Source of the DNA: an uncultured Bacteroidales bacterium
GTDB taxonomy: Bacteria > Bacteroidota > Bacteroidia > Bacteroidales > WCHB1-69
Assembly: GCA_900315245.1 (NCBI GenBank)
Contig: OMYJ01000015.1
Location: 41,442-105,441, forward strand
Length of the DNA stretch: 64,000 bases
Direction: 5' to 3'
The position numbers were made by a program, and so were the translations under genes. The notes beneath the pieces are model-generated. The model was given only the letters and a program-made list of their open reading frames with translations. It ran no database searches and was not told the origin of the DNA. This document shows, piece by piece, positions 42,065-51,571 of this stretch. How positions within the stretch are numbered: position 1 is the stretch's first letter; each line of letters begins with the position of its first letter.

Positions 42065-42292
42065 CTACACCGCCCCAAGCTTTGCATTTTCGTCCTTTTC
42101 AATCATCTCAATGCACTTTTCGATGTCGGTGATAATTCCTTTCATAAAGTCGATTTTCTCCTTTTTTGTGTAGCCTTGTACGGTAAATGGAAACTTGGAT
42201 GTGTCAAATTGATATGCTAGGAGTTCGCGGATGGAAAATTCTATTATTTCATCGTTTAAAAAGGCGAATAAATCATCATTAAAGCCATTCAT
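42065..42292 (-). CDS. Small acidic hypothetical protein (paralogue of 51572..51787)
   Basis: EFSIRELL...EKIDFMKGIITDIEKCIE versus EFTIGELI...EKIGFLKELIADIEECIE. Confidence 0.6.
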   Translation of the reverse strand: MNGFNDDLFAFLNDEIIEFSIRELLAYQFDTSKFPFTVQGYTKKEKIDFMKGIITDIEKCIEMIEKDENAKLGAV

Positions 42293-42302
42293 AAATATTT
42301 CT

Positions 42303-42331
42303 CTGGTACGTGTCGGGCGCAACTGTTGGTG
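42303..42331 (-). promoter_or_regulatory. Conserved 29-nt 5' leader (copy 1, promoter-less)
   Basis: Sense CACCAACAGTTGCGCCCGACACGTACCAG, 10 nt above the ATG. Confidence 0.6.
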
Positions 42332-42352
42332 TTCCCTATTTTACGAAACTTA

Positions 42353-43426
42353 CTATGGTAGCTCTTTTCGCATTTCCTCTAATTTGTTGATTCTATTGAG
42401 GATGATGTCGCCAATATCTGTGTGTTTGTGGAGGTAATCACCAAGAAGGCGGCCTACCACGTCGTTAACATAGTCGTGAATGGTCTGCCCTTCGGGCTGC
42501 ATCATTTCAGAACCGAGGCGGGTTTGCGCTCCTGTTTCATAAAGTGGTTCTTGCACCTTGATAGAGATGACGGCAGAAACAGCGTTGCAGATATCGTCTG
42601 TTTCATACCACTTGCCGAAATAAGTGCGGATTGTCATGGCCAATGCGTTGCGGAAGGCATTTTGGTGTGTGCCACCTCGCGGCGTATAATGTTTGTTGAC
42701 AAAAGAATAAAATTCCTCTCCACAATTTCGAGTGGTGTGAGTGAATACAAACTCAAACTTTTCGTCTTGAAGGTGAATCGGCGCGTAAAGCATCTCCTCC
42801 CGTTTCGTCTTATGGCAAAGGAGGTCGTACAAACCGTTCTTGGAAAGGATCTTCTGTCCATTGTAGTTGATGGCGAAACCTTTGTTTAAGCAAGCATAGT
42901 TCCGCAATGTGTTGGCAATGCGCTGTGACAACCACTGGTATTTACCGAGAAGGCTGTCATCGAGTGTGAAGGAGATGGAAGTGCCGGAACGCTGGTTGCT
43001 TACTTCTACGGAGGATTCTCCGATGAGCTTACCGTAGGAAAACTCGACCGTCTTCGTCTTCCCGTCCCGGAAACTCTGTATCTTGAAGTGGCTTGATAGG
43101 GCGTTGGTTAGCATGAGAGCCCAACAACCTTCATTTGGGTTTAAATTTGTCACACGGCACATCAGCTTATCAAATGGCATACCACATCCATAGTCGCGCA
43201 CGTTCACTACATTGTCTTTGATGGTCACATCGATGTTTTGGCTATGTCCCTGTTCGGATTGTTCAACAGAGTTGTTAATTACCGCTTTCAAAAGTTCATG
43301 GATAGCATCATTTCGTGAGTCGCTATCTCCTATTCGCCTGCCAAGGAAAAAACCAGGGCGTGAGCGGACATGCTCATACCAGATTGTCCTGATGTCGTCA
43401 TCATTGTTTTTGTCACGTTTTTCCAT
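42353..43426 (-). CDS. Truncated, degenerate ParE/GyrB N-terminal (GHKL + transducer) homologue
   Basis: EHVRSRPG, VRDYG.G.P, NALS, SFVN..YT..GGTH..AFR and SIKVQEP; ends at RKEL before TOPRIM. Confidence 0.8.
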   Translation of the reverse strand: MEKRDKNNDDDIRTIWYEHVRSRPGFFLGRRIGDSDSRNDAIHELLKAVINNSVEQSEQGHSQNIDVTIKDNVVNVRDYGCGMPFDKLMCRVTNLNPNEGCWALMLTNALSSHFKIQSFRDGKTKTVEFSYGKLIGESSVEVSNQRSGTSISFTLDDSLLGKYQWLSQRIANTLRNYACLNKGFAINYNGQKILSKNGLYDLLCHKTKREEMLYAPIHLQDEKFEFVFTHTTRNCGEEFYSFVNKHYTPRGGTHQNAFRNALAMTIRTYFGKWYETDDICNAVSAVISIKVQEPLYETGAQTRLGSEMMQPEGQTIHDYVNDVVGRLLGDYLHKHTDIGDIILNRINKLEEMRKELP

Positions 43427-43462
43427 AGTTTTGTCGAATTTGATGAATGGATTTAATTTCTG

Positions 43463-43500
43463 GCGGCAAAGATAGTGCGTAACTGTGCCGATTCGTGGCA
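43463..43500 (-). promoter_or_regulatory. -7 promoter + palindromic operator (copy 2)
   Basis: Plus strand: GCGGCAAAGATAGTGCGTAACTG TGCCG ATTCG TGGCA. Confidence 0.75.
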
Positions 43501-43606
43501 TACCCAACCCCGACCGATTCAAAGGCCTGTCCATTGGTAGTGAGCAGTGGGATCTTAAAGCGAAAACACACCGTCAGGGGTGCAGGGCCTGGTAGAATGT
43601 AGTTGT

Positions 43607-43863
43607 TTACGTCTCTGCATTCTCCATGGCTGGCGCATTGCTTTGCCTTATGTGGTGGAGGTGTATCAGTTCGTCGCACATGGCAATTTTTTCTTCCAAA
43701 TCAGTCGGTTTTCCAAATCTTCAATTTCACCTTCACAGTCATACATTCTGACAGACCAGCGTTCCCTGATGGTGATAATTTCTTCGATCCGCTCCTTTAT
43801 GAGGTCGGTCTGTTCCTCAAAGGAGAGGTTTTTCAGGTCTTTTTTGAATTGTATAATGTTCAT
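43607..43863 (-). pseudogene. Small coiled-coil-like ORF, frameshifted relative to the copy at 52680..52874
   Basis: Near-identical DNA to 52680..52874 but with 62 extra nt, so the DLEEKIAMCDELIHL tail is out of frame. Confidence 0.55.
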
Positions 43864-43974
43864 ATTATCGTTTGTTTTGTTTTGCTTTTACTCTGTTGAA
43901 CGCTTTTCGGGAACGCATCTAATGTCTCCAATCCATAACAGTGGCAGAGCTCGTGCTGATGCAGGCGAAAACCT

Positions 43975-44607
43975 CTACCAGTCCGGCTCAAACTCCCAGT
44001 CCACCGGCTTCCCGTTCAGGTCGAAAACCTGGCACGTGTCGCACCCACCAACCTTATAGGCACCCGAGTCCACCAATGTGTTGGGAACATATACTTCTTT
44101 GAGAAGATGGGCTTCCTCAAGGCACCACGTATCAACACCTTTTATACATTTAGGTAGCCTGATGGATGTGAGGCGTTCTGAAAAATACTCTCTCAAGCCC
44201 TCCCCGATATATTCAACAAAAGAATATTCGTCCTCAACGTCAACCATATCGGGTAAGTCAATGTGTCCGGACAGTTGGTGCATCTCCTCACCCCAGAATA
44301 ATTGTACGACATTGTCATAACTGTAGATTTCCAGCGTGTTGTTATGGTTTGCAGCGTAGATGGATCGTTCACTTTTTTCGGAAGGGAAGAATTTTTGGAT
44401 ATAACAGCCCGTGTACGCATCAAGATCCTCGGAAACGTATCGTACACCCAGCAGTTGCTCTTCCGGATAGGGTTGTTCTTTGCCGTTTACGGACAATACC
44501 AAACGGTCGGGCTGCAATTTTGATATGCACCCGCCAATTGTCCCATCTGGAATCTCAATTTCCACAAAGTCCCCGACCTGCAGGTTTTCGTTAATGTACT
44601 TCAACAT
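43975..44607 (-). CDS. Sm/SH3-like barrel + BspA-type LRR hypothetical protein (paralogue A)
   Basis: MLKYINENLQVGD start; LPD.V......V.YIG...LTSIRLP...L.EVYVP LRR_5-like segment. Confidence 0.65.
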   Translation of the reverse strand: MLKYINENLQVGDFVEIEIPDGTIGGCISKLQPDRLVLSVNGKEQPYPEEQLLGVRYVSEDLDAYTGCYIQKFFPSEKSERSIYAANHNNTLEIYSYDNVVQLFWGEEMHQLSGHIDLPDMVDVEDEYSFVEYIGEGLREYFSERLTSIRLPKCIKGVDTWCLEEAHLLKEVYVPNTLVDSGAYKVGGCDTCQVFDLNGKPVDWEFEPDW

Positions 44608-44625
44608 ATCTTTGCTATTTTTAAT

Positions 44626-44663
44626 GCGGCGAAGATAACACGGGACTGTGCCAATCTGTGGCA
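44626..44663 (-). promoter_or_regulatory. -7 promoter + palindromic operator (copy 3)
   Basis: Plus strand: GCGGCGAAGATAACACGGGACTG TGCCA ATCTG TGGCA. Confidence 0.75.
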
Positions 44664-44866
44664 TAGCTGCGATGCCCGCAGACCTACGGCCTGCCAGCGC
44701 ACCGCCAGCTGTCTTTGGGAAACACGTCCCGCCAGCAACAATACCCCGTTAGGGGTGCAGGGCTTGGTAGAATGGGGCGAGCACGGGGGAATGCGCACGC
44801 CGTCAGGTGTGCGGGGAGAGGTGTGGAAAGGAGGTGAGGGGTTCACCCCGTGGAAAACCGCGAGGA

Positions 44867-44908
44867 GGATTTCCCGCTGCCGTTGCCGCCATACAGGATG
44901 GTGATGGG
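44867..44908 (-). pseudogene. Walker A stump of the COG3910-like ATPase
   Basis: Translates to PITILYGGNGSGKS, followed by the same repeat junction as at about 41150. Confidence 0.55.
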
Positions 44909-44961
44909 GGGTGACATCCAAGTAATGGACAAAGGAAGAAATCGGTGTGCCGAATATTTGC

Positions 44962-47133
44962 TTATAATATGTCAATGAGCTTTTTTATGATATCGATTAT
45001 TGTTTCCTTATCCATGTCGGTTTTTTCGTATCGTTCCCCGTTCCACTGGAGTTTAAATACAGAGGGTAAATCTCCAAATGTGTTTTCTGTATGACCTTTA
45101 CGCCGGAAAAGATTGATAGAATATTTGTCATCGCCTGTGTGCCAAGCAGCAATTGCCCAACCAGAATGTGCTTTGTTTTCATCAATGACGGCACATGTGT
45201 TATCGTATGAATAAAACCTTAGATCTTTGTCAGGGAGAAGAATTATCTTTTTTAGTTCCAGATATAATCTATAAGATTTCAAATTCGCATGTTCACCACT
45301 TGCTCTATCTCCCTTAATTAATGTCCAACCCAAATCATCTCCCCACCACTGAATCTTTTTCTGTTCACAATATTTGAGTAGTTCGGGTATCTCTACAAAC
45401 TCATCGAAATCTTTTCCCGAAGAATTGTTCTTAATCATTTGGTATTGGGCTGCGTAGATGTCATTAATATCCAATTCATCCAAAAATGATTTGAATTTAT
45501 CAACATTATCATTTATAAGCGCCTTCCAGTCTTCATAATCCCAAGCAAAACTCCAATTAGTGTACCCCTTAAATTTTCTGGGATAATCCTTCAAATCGCG
45601 AGTCAGCAAAGCCCTGCGGGTTACATCAAGTTCCTCATATTCCAAATCATCATGGAACACTTTATCAAATTTGACACGATAAATTTTGAATAAATTATAA
45701 TCAAACTCGCCATCTGTTATTGCCCATTCAATCATAGGAAGTATTTCTCCACACCATAATTTATATCCTTCTTCCTTCCAGAAAGACTCTTCTATTTCAT
45801 CTCGATTTTCTGCATTTCGGTAGATTTCTAATTTTGTTTTCGTTTCTTCAGTCAGTAAGGACTTTTTTACACTTTCTAATTCTAAAATCGAACATATGTC
45901 TGCATTGGGCATTTTTTTGATAACTCTGATTGCCTCGGGCAAAACCTCGGATATTGCTTTTGTTACATTTGGTACAAGTGCAAGATTCCTAAAAAACATC
46001 TTTACCCGCCTTATTTTTCTAACTGTCGCATTAGGAAATCGATTGATGTACTCAAGCACTGGCAAAAAACTGAACCATACAACCTGCGAGTTGCCATCTA
46101 TATCAGGAAATAACCAATTTTTATTATTGGGGAATACTGCATCTTTCTCACAAAACAAACGTTTAGAAACAATCTCAAAATAGTTATCTATTTTATCAAA
46201 TTCAATGTTCTCTAAATCAAACTTGTATGTTCCATCTTTCTGAATTCGCTTGAATTCATTGCTTTCTGCATCTAAATTTAACAACATTATCCATCGGAAG
46301 AATTCTTTTAATCCATTGTCGGCTGTATCATTCGTGCCTCTGTTCTTCCAAAAGAATTGTTCCCATTGTTCCCATTTTTGAGCACATTCATCTTGCTTCT
46401 CCTTTGCTTGTCGACCAATGAGTAATGGTTTTAAGTTCTGTGTTGCCGACAATGGCTCACCAGTAGTATTGATAACAACAAATGTTTCTTCTCCTTTTGT
46501 ACGATTTTCCATGTCATAATAAAGGAATGAGAGGTTTTCGATAATATATTTCCCAAACGATGCACAATCAATACTTTTCTCATTGATTATAGTTTCAATC
46601 ATTTCCATTGCCGCAATCATACTCTGAATGCTTGGATCTAAATCGTAATCTTTGAAGTACCACGACTGCCGTTTGATATCAGAAACAGCAATATCCTTGT
46701 TTTCAATGAAAAAGAATCTGGTCAAGTCACTTAAAAAATAAAGCGAACTTTCTCTTATGGCATATTGCAAATAAGGTTCCCAATCGTCATTCTCTTCTGT
46801 TTCAGAAATCAACAAACGCCTGAAAGCATCGTCGGCTTTCCTGTTGAGCATTCCGAGTAGCAAAAACAATGTCGTGATTCGCTGTTGTCCATCGCAAAGC
46901 TGAATGTGTCCAAGTGGAGCTTCGTAGCCGTATAAAAGCCCCAAATTCAGTTCTTTGTCTTGATTATCGGTAATGTTTTCGATAAATCTTTCAACAAGAT
47001 TTTTGCCATCTTTATCAAATGTTGTTCCCCAGCAATAATCCCGTTGCAAATCAGGTATGATGATTTTGTCGTCTTTCGAAAACAAATCTGTCAGTTTGTA
47101 GGCTTCTCCTGTTGATAACTTATTGTATTCCAT
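44962..47133 (-). CDS. DUF262 (GmrS/ParB-Srx-like) domain protein
   Basis: IPDLQRDYCW, CDGQQRITTL and FVVINTTGEPLS. Confidence 0.8.
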   Translation of the reverse strand: MEYNKLSTGEAYKLTDLFSKDDKIIIPDLQRDYCWGTTFDKDGKNLVERFIENITDNQDKELNLGLLYGYEAPLGHIQLCDGQQRITTLFLLLGMLNRKADDAFRRLLISETEENDDWEPYLQYAIRESSLYFLSDLTRFFFIENKDIAVSDIKRQSWYFKDYDLDPSIQSMIAAMEMIETIINEKSIDCASFGKYIIENLSFLYYDMENRTKGEETFVVINTTGEPLSATQNLKPLLIGRQAKEKQDECAQKWEQWEQFFWKNRGTNDTADNGLKEFFRWIMLLNLDAESNEFKRIQKDGTYKFDLENIEFDKIDNYFEIVSKRLFCEKDAVFPNNKNWLFPDIDGNSQVVWFSFLPVLEYINRFPNATVRKIRRVKMFFRNLALVPNVTKAISEVLPEAIRVIKKMPNADICSILELESVKKSLLTEETKTKLEIYRNAENRDEIEESFWKEEGYKLWCGEILPMIEWAITDGEFDYNLFKIYRVKFDKVFHDDLEYEELDVTRRALLTRDLKDYPRKFKGYTNWSFAWDYEDWKALINDNVDKFKSFLDELDINDIYAAQYQMIKNNSSGKDFDEFVEIPELLKYCEQKKIQWWGDDLGWTLIKGDRASGEHANLKSYRLYLELKKIILLPDKDLRFYSYDNTCAVIDENKAHSGWAIAAWHTGDDKYSINLFRRKGHTENTFGDLPSVFKLQWNGERYEKTDMDKETIIDIIKKLIDIL

Positions 47134-48841
47134 AATATTCTTTAATTTCGTTGATGAATTTATTTTTGTTTTCTATAATTTCATTGATGCTCCACTCTTT
47201 TTTTGCAAAGACGGAAATGGTGTGCAACAGATGACGGCTTCTGAAAGGCTTTTCTGCATCAACATTGAAATAAATTGATTTTTTGTCATCAAAAGATTTC
47301 GCTCCAAATCCAGAGTTCTCGTTTTTATATAGCAACACAAGATTGCCTATACAATGTTCATTGCCATTCCCTTCAAAATTGGCTTCGTCAATTAGTCCTT
47401 CTGTGTCTAATTCTTCAATTTCAACACCATCACCTCTAATGTATCTATTCCCCTCATCGATGGTTTCAATTTTATAGAACTTTGATTTTGGATAGATATG
47501 TTCCAAAGATCTTTCCTTCCAAATACTGAAATCAAATTTTCTGCCCAATTTGGAATCTTCCTCAATATTTCGTCTCAACAACTGCATAAAAGCATAAGAA
47601 TTATCTTCATTGTATAGATTGTTACTACACAAGGATTTATACATTTCGCCTTTAGCATTTTCAATAGCTTCACTGTTGTTTTCTACAATTATTGTATGCG
47701 AAAGACCTAGAAAAACAAGCTTGAAGTACTCTTCAATGTCTTTTTCTTCGTTAGTAGCAAAGTACCATTCTACAAAACGTTCTCTGTCTTCCTTTCCGTG
47801 TAAAGTAAGTATCGCTCCTATTTTGTTGTGAAGCTTGTTGGAATCGCTGATGCTATTGAACACATCTTCAAATTTTTTCTGCAAATGGCGCAAATCGTAA
47901 AAAACATTTTTTGCCAACTTTTCGTTATTGTCGCCACGCAACAATTTATCTCTAAAAACTTCAAAATATTTACCTCCCTTATCAATTTTGCCTCCTTTTG
48001 ATTTAAGATACGTCTTTACGAGAAGGCCCATAACACTTTTCTCTGTATGATAAAAAGTTGCTACTTCTGGTTGATTCCACCAGTAAAGCCATTTGTCCCA
48101 TTCCCGCGCATATTTGCTACGTAAAAGGTTCTGTTCCCAATGAACGGATTCAACCTCTTTGACTTTATGAAAAATGGATTCCAACAATTCATTGCTGGAA
48201 ATATTATTAAAGCTAAATGTATTCTCCGCAGAAACCAAACGTAACATTTCGGCTTTTATGATTTCCTCTGTTTTCATATCAGCCTTGCTGCCATTCATCA
48301 TAGAGAAAACCAAAGTGGCTTTGTCTTCAGGAATGGTAATGTATAAGAACTTTACATTGTCAAGTATTTTGTTAATATCCCAATCCTTTGCTTTGTCAAT
48401 AATTAATCTGACACTCTTTTTAAAATAATATATGTCTTGAAACTCTTCTTGTTGATTATCAGCGCACAAATCCTTTAACTCTTCGTTGGTTTTCCCCCTT
48501 AAAGATTTGAGAAATTCATCCGATTTAGTCCTAACGGGATAATTCAAATTAATATCACCTTGATACCCCAAACAGGTTAACAACAAATAGAAGAATGTGG
48601 TTCTTTGCTGTCCGTCAATGAGAATTATTTCCTTTTCATTTTCTGTAACAGTAATACCTTGCATGAACAATTCGGTATCGTTATCCAAACTGTTTTGAAT
48701 GCTTTCCAAAACATATTCAACGGAATTTTTTTCCGAATCTCTTGATTTTCCCCAAATGTATCCACGCTGATAATTGGGGATGACAAAAACTTTCTGCTTA
48801 TCTAAGAATTGTCTGAGTGTTATTGTCGCATTTTTACTCAT
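47120..48841 (-). CDS. DUF262 + DUF1524 (HNH) GmrSD-like restriction endonuclease
   Basis: IPNYQRGYIW, IDGQQR, FSMMNG; SLEHIYPK and IGNLVLL...NS.FG.KSF..KK. Confidence 0.8.
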   Translation of the reverse strand: MSKNATITLRQFLDKQKVFVIPNYQRGYIWGKSRDSEKNSVEYVLESIQNSLDNDTELFMQGITVTENEKEIILIDGQQRTTFFYLLLTCLGYQGDINLNYPVRTKSDEFLKSLRGKTNEELKDLCADNQQEEFQDIYYFKKSVRLIIDKAKDWDINKILDNVKFLYITIPEDKATLVFSMMNGSKADMKTEEIIKAEMLRLVSAENTFSFNNISSNELLESIFHKVKEVESVHWEQNLLRSKYAREWDKWLYWWNQPEVATFYHTEKSVMGLLVKTYLKSKGGKIDKGGKYFEVFRDKLLRGDNNEKLAKNVFYDLRHLQKKFEDVFNSISDSNKLHNKIGAILTLHGKEDRERFVEWYFATNEEKDIEEYFKLVFLGLSHTIIVENNSEAIENAKGEMYKSLCSNNLYNEDNSYAFMQLLRRNIEEDSKLGRKFDFSIWKERSLEHIYPKSKFYKIETIDEGNRYIRGDGVEIEELDTEGLIDEANFEGNGNEHCIGNLVLLYKNENSGFGAKSFDDKKSIYFNVDAEKPFRSRHLLHTISVFAKKEWSINEIIENKNKFINEIKEYYGIQ

Positions 48842-48927
48842 ATTTTAAATTTTATATAACTCAAAGCGTTTTACTTACTTAATTGATCTTTCTGCCGAAG
48901 TCCATTAAACAGAATCCGAAGAAAACG

Positions 48928-48944
48928 ACCCCGCAAAACTACAA
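48928..48944 (-). promoter_or_regulatory. Second-class promoter element (copy 1)
   Basis: ACCCCGCAAAACTACAA = sense TTG-TAGTTTTG-CGGGGT (TAnnTTTG), identical at 51544 and 55445. Confidence 0.6.
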
Positions 48945-48971
48945 TTTTCCCCTTTCCCCTCCACCTCTTTC

Positions 48972-49156
48972 CTAAAATCTCCCAACGTCCCCCCGAGCCT
49001 TCCCCTCATCTCCCGCAATATCTCGCGGAAGGTCTCCGGCAGGCGTTGCCACATCTCCTTTACGATCTCTTCGGGGATCTCCTTGTAGTGCGCTTCGGCG
49101 AGGCCGCCGGTGATGCAGGCGAGCGTGTCGCTGTCGCCGCCGAGCGAGACGGCCAA
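48972..49156 (-). pseudogene. 3' stump of ADP-ribosylglycohydrolase gene
   Basis: LAVSLGGDSDTLACITGGLAEAHYKEIPEEI...LPETFREILREM, near-identical to the C-terminus of 55489..56298. Confidence 0.8.
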
Positions 49157-49370
49157 GTGGACGGCGGGGCGGTGTCGCCGAAGCCTGCTCTTGTGAGACG
49201 GGGATTCCGCTCGCTCACTGCGTTCGCGGCGGAATGGTGCGCTGCCGAAGGAGTCCAAAGGGAAAAGATGGGCGGCGGGAGGCTGGGGACAACTGCGTCT
49301 CGCAGTTGTTGACATACATCTGCGGGGACGCAGATGCCTCCATGGCCGCCCATCTTGTGCGCGGCGTTCA

Positions 49371-49655
49371 TCAGCCGTTCCTTTTCTTTCCTACCTTGTC
49401 CCAATGGTCCTCGAATCGATTCATGGTGGCTTCTCCGAAACCGTTGCTTTTAACATCCTCCTTGAAATTCCGGATTTTCCTGCGGAATTTCCGGATGGCA
49501 ACGAGTATCGGAATTCCGAAGAAGATAAAAACGATTACAATCACGAAGATATTTTCGGCCAACGTGTTGGATGGCGCTTTTGTGGTTTCTGCATACGCGG
49601 CGAGATTGCCGATGCCTAACAAAATCGCCAGAACAATGTTTTTAATATTTTTCAT
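49371..49655 (-). CDS. Small membrane protein
   Basis: Signal-like N-terminus plus one TM segment followed by a basic cluster (RKFRRK). Confidence 0.55.
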   Translation of the reverse strand: MKNIKNIVLAILLGIGNLAAYAETTKAPSNTLAENIFVIVIVFIFFGIPILVAIRKFRRKIRNFKEDVKSNGFGEATMNRFEDHWDKVGKKRNG

Positions 49656-49682
49656 AATACTGATATTTTTTGATGAAACATG

Positions 49683-49916
49683 TTAACTTCTTCTGATCCA
49701 GGATTCTCCGTTGTTAGAGGAGAAGAACAACCCGTTTTCGGTGGTGGCAATCAGTTCGGTGCCGTTGACTACTAAGTCGAGAAACTCGCCTGTGTTGGCG
49801 GCTCCTGCACAGCGGGTCATCCAGGAGCCGCCGTTGTTGGTGGAGACATCCAGTCTCTGTTTGTTCTTGGGGCAGATGCGGATCATCTCCCCGTCTTTGA
49901 CAATCAATTGTGGCAT
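49683..49916 (-). CDS. 77-aa Asp-box/BNR-like repeat protein
   Basis: Two S.NNG.SW motifs (STNNGGSW, SSNNGESW); ATG just below the leader. Confidence 0.65.
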   Translation of the reverse strand: MPQLIVKDGEMIRICPKNKQRLDVSTNNGGSWMTRCAGAANTGEFLDLVVNGTELIATTENGLFFSSNNGESWIRRS

Positions 49917-49927
49917 AATCCATAACC

Positions 49928-50006
49928 CTGGTACGTGTCGGGCGCAACTGTTGGTGAATACTAAAGTTGCGGCAAAGATAAATCCCGACTGTGCGAGTGC
50001 GTGGCA
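49928..50006 (-). promoter_or_regulatory. 29-nt leader (49928-49956) + -7 promoter/operator (49969-50006; operator copy 4)
   Basis: Plus strand: GCGGCAAAGATAAATCCCGACTG TGCGA GTGCG TGGCA. Confidence 0.7.
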
Positions 50007-50292
50007 TAACCAGCCCCGGCAGACCCAAAGGCCTGCCAATTGGCAAGTGATCAGTGAACAGTGAAGAGTGTGATAAGTGATCAGTGGGATCTTAAAGCGA
50101 AAACACCCCGTTAGGGGTGCAGGGCTTGGTAGAATGAGGCGAGCACGGGGGGCGCACGCCGTAGGTGTGCGGGGAGAAAAGGATTAAGGGTTTCACTCCG
50201 AGAAAAACGCAAGGTTCAATAGCAGAGGTTTAGTGGGAGGAGTCGGAGATGAGGGAGGTATGAGAGTTTAAGTCGCATAACCCAATAAATTT

Positions 50293-51489
50293 CTAAAGAC
50301 AATTTTGTTCTTTAGAAATGAATTCTATACATTTTTCCACGATATTCTTAAAGCATCTAATAACCTCAATGTGATTGTTATACTCGGCTGGAGAACCAAA
50401 ATATGTCCAAACACCTGTATGGTTGTGACTTTTGAGCAGGTTAGAAGATAAATATTTGCCAAGAGGAGTGTTTTGGAAATCTTTCCACTCTTCTTGTGCA
50501 ACGCTATTATAGTCATATTGAACTTGGCAATACAATTTACTATCTTGTGCAATAACAACTGTAATCATTTTGTTGTTATAAGGTAGAGAAAGAGCGGCAT
50601 AACATTTATTCTCTTCGGAAACATCATTAACAATGTTGTTTTTTAACAATTCTTCTTTTGTTTGATTGAGGACTTTTGAAATGTAATTTCTTGCAAGATT
50701 GTCTGTGGTTAGTTGTATTGTTTTTATCGTATTTGTTAGATTCGATAGCGCTTCTATACACTCTAGTTCATTTTTGTTTGTTTCTAAATCAAGGTGATTC
50801 TTAATGGTTTTTTCCAGATTCATATTCATTGACTTTTGAATGGTTCGTAATAAAAATAATCCTTCAAGGTAATCGATATATTGTTGTATCGCGCTTTGTA
50901 GAAAACAATCTTTAAGACGAACTGACGGCAAAACACTTCCTTTTAACCAGGGCAATATGTCGTTCTTGAAAGAAAGATTCACATATCTATTAGTAAACTC
51001 GTTTTCGTATTCTCCCCATGTTTGATGGTCAGGTTCTTTTCCATCGGATGAAAGATATATGATATAAATGTCTTGTTTTTTATAAGATTGTTTGTTAGTT
51101 TTTTCGATATATCTGAACAATTGAGCATCTTGATCAGCAGCATTATATATTTTATTCTCAAAAATGATTGCGTATCCAGTATCTCTAACCCACAAATCAA
51201 TTCGTTCTTCTTCTTGCGTGATTCTCGGATTTTTAATTGTAATATTTGAAAATCCGCAATCATCTTTACCATTACGCCAAATGATGTAGTTGAGGAGTGA
51301 CTGAAAGATTTCATATTCACCTTTCTCGTTGACAAAACTTAACAATCGGAAAAGAATTCTGCTGTGCCCATTTTCATTGATATGCAATTCATCTATAAGG
51401 TTGATGTGGTAAGGCATCCGGAGTTTTTCCGCCTCATACTGACGACTGAACTTATCAATAAAATTTAATAGTTCATTATATTGGTTCAT
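50293..51489 (-). CDS. PD-(D/E)XK nuclease family protein (PDDEXK_4-like)
   Basis: ENGHSRIL..LL, RIDLW....AIIFENKI..A.DQ..QL.RY. Confidence 0.8.
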   Translation of the reverse strand: MNQYNELLNFIDKFSRQYEAEKLRMPYHINLIDELHINENGHSRILFRLLSFVNEKGEYEIFQSLLNYIIWRNGKDDCGFSNITIKNPRITQEEERIDLWVRDTGYAIIFENKIYNAADQDAQLFRYIEKTNKQSYKKQDIYIIYLSSDGKEPDHQTWGEYENEFTNRYVNLSFKNDILPWLKGSVLPSVRLKDCFLQSAIQQYIDYLEGLFLLRTIQKSMNMNLEKTIKNHLDLETNKNELECIEALSNLTNTIKTIQLTTDNLARNYISKVLNQTKEELLKNNIVNDVSEENKCYAALSLPYNNKMITVVIAQDSKLYCQVQYDYNSVAQEEWKDFQNTPLGKYLSSNLLKSHNHTGVWTYFGSPAEYNNHIEVIRCFKNIVEKCIEFISKEQNCL

Positions 51490-51543
51490 TTGATTTGTAA
51501 TTTTTCAGTCTTTAATTCTGATGAAAAAAATAACGATTTTTTT

Positions 51544-51560
51544 ACCCCGCAAAACTACAA
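51544..51560 (-). promoter_or_regulatory. Second-class promoter element (copy 2)
   Basis: ACCCCGCAAAACTACAA, 54 nt above the nuclease ATG. Confidence 0.6.
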
Positions 51561-51571
51561 AAATATCCCTT

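Noticed and set aside
42353-43426. Calling this gene the functional parE
   Set aside because: It lacks TOPRIM and the C-terminal half, has no parC neighbour, and the catalytic Glu and ATP lid are degenerate.
49714-50046. 110-aa ORF using the ATG at 49923 below the leader
   Set aside because: The overlapping frame starting at 49916 gives a recognisable double Asp-box protein; this frame gives no pattern.
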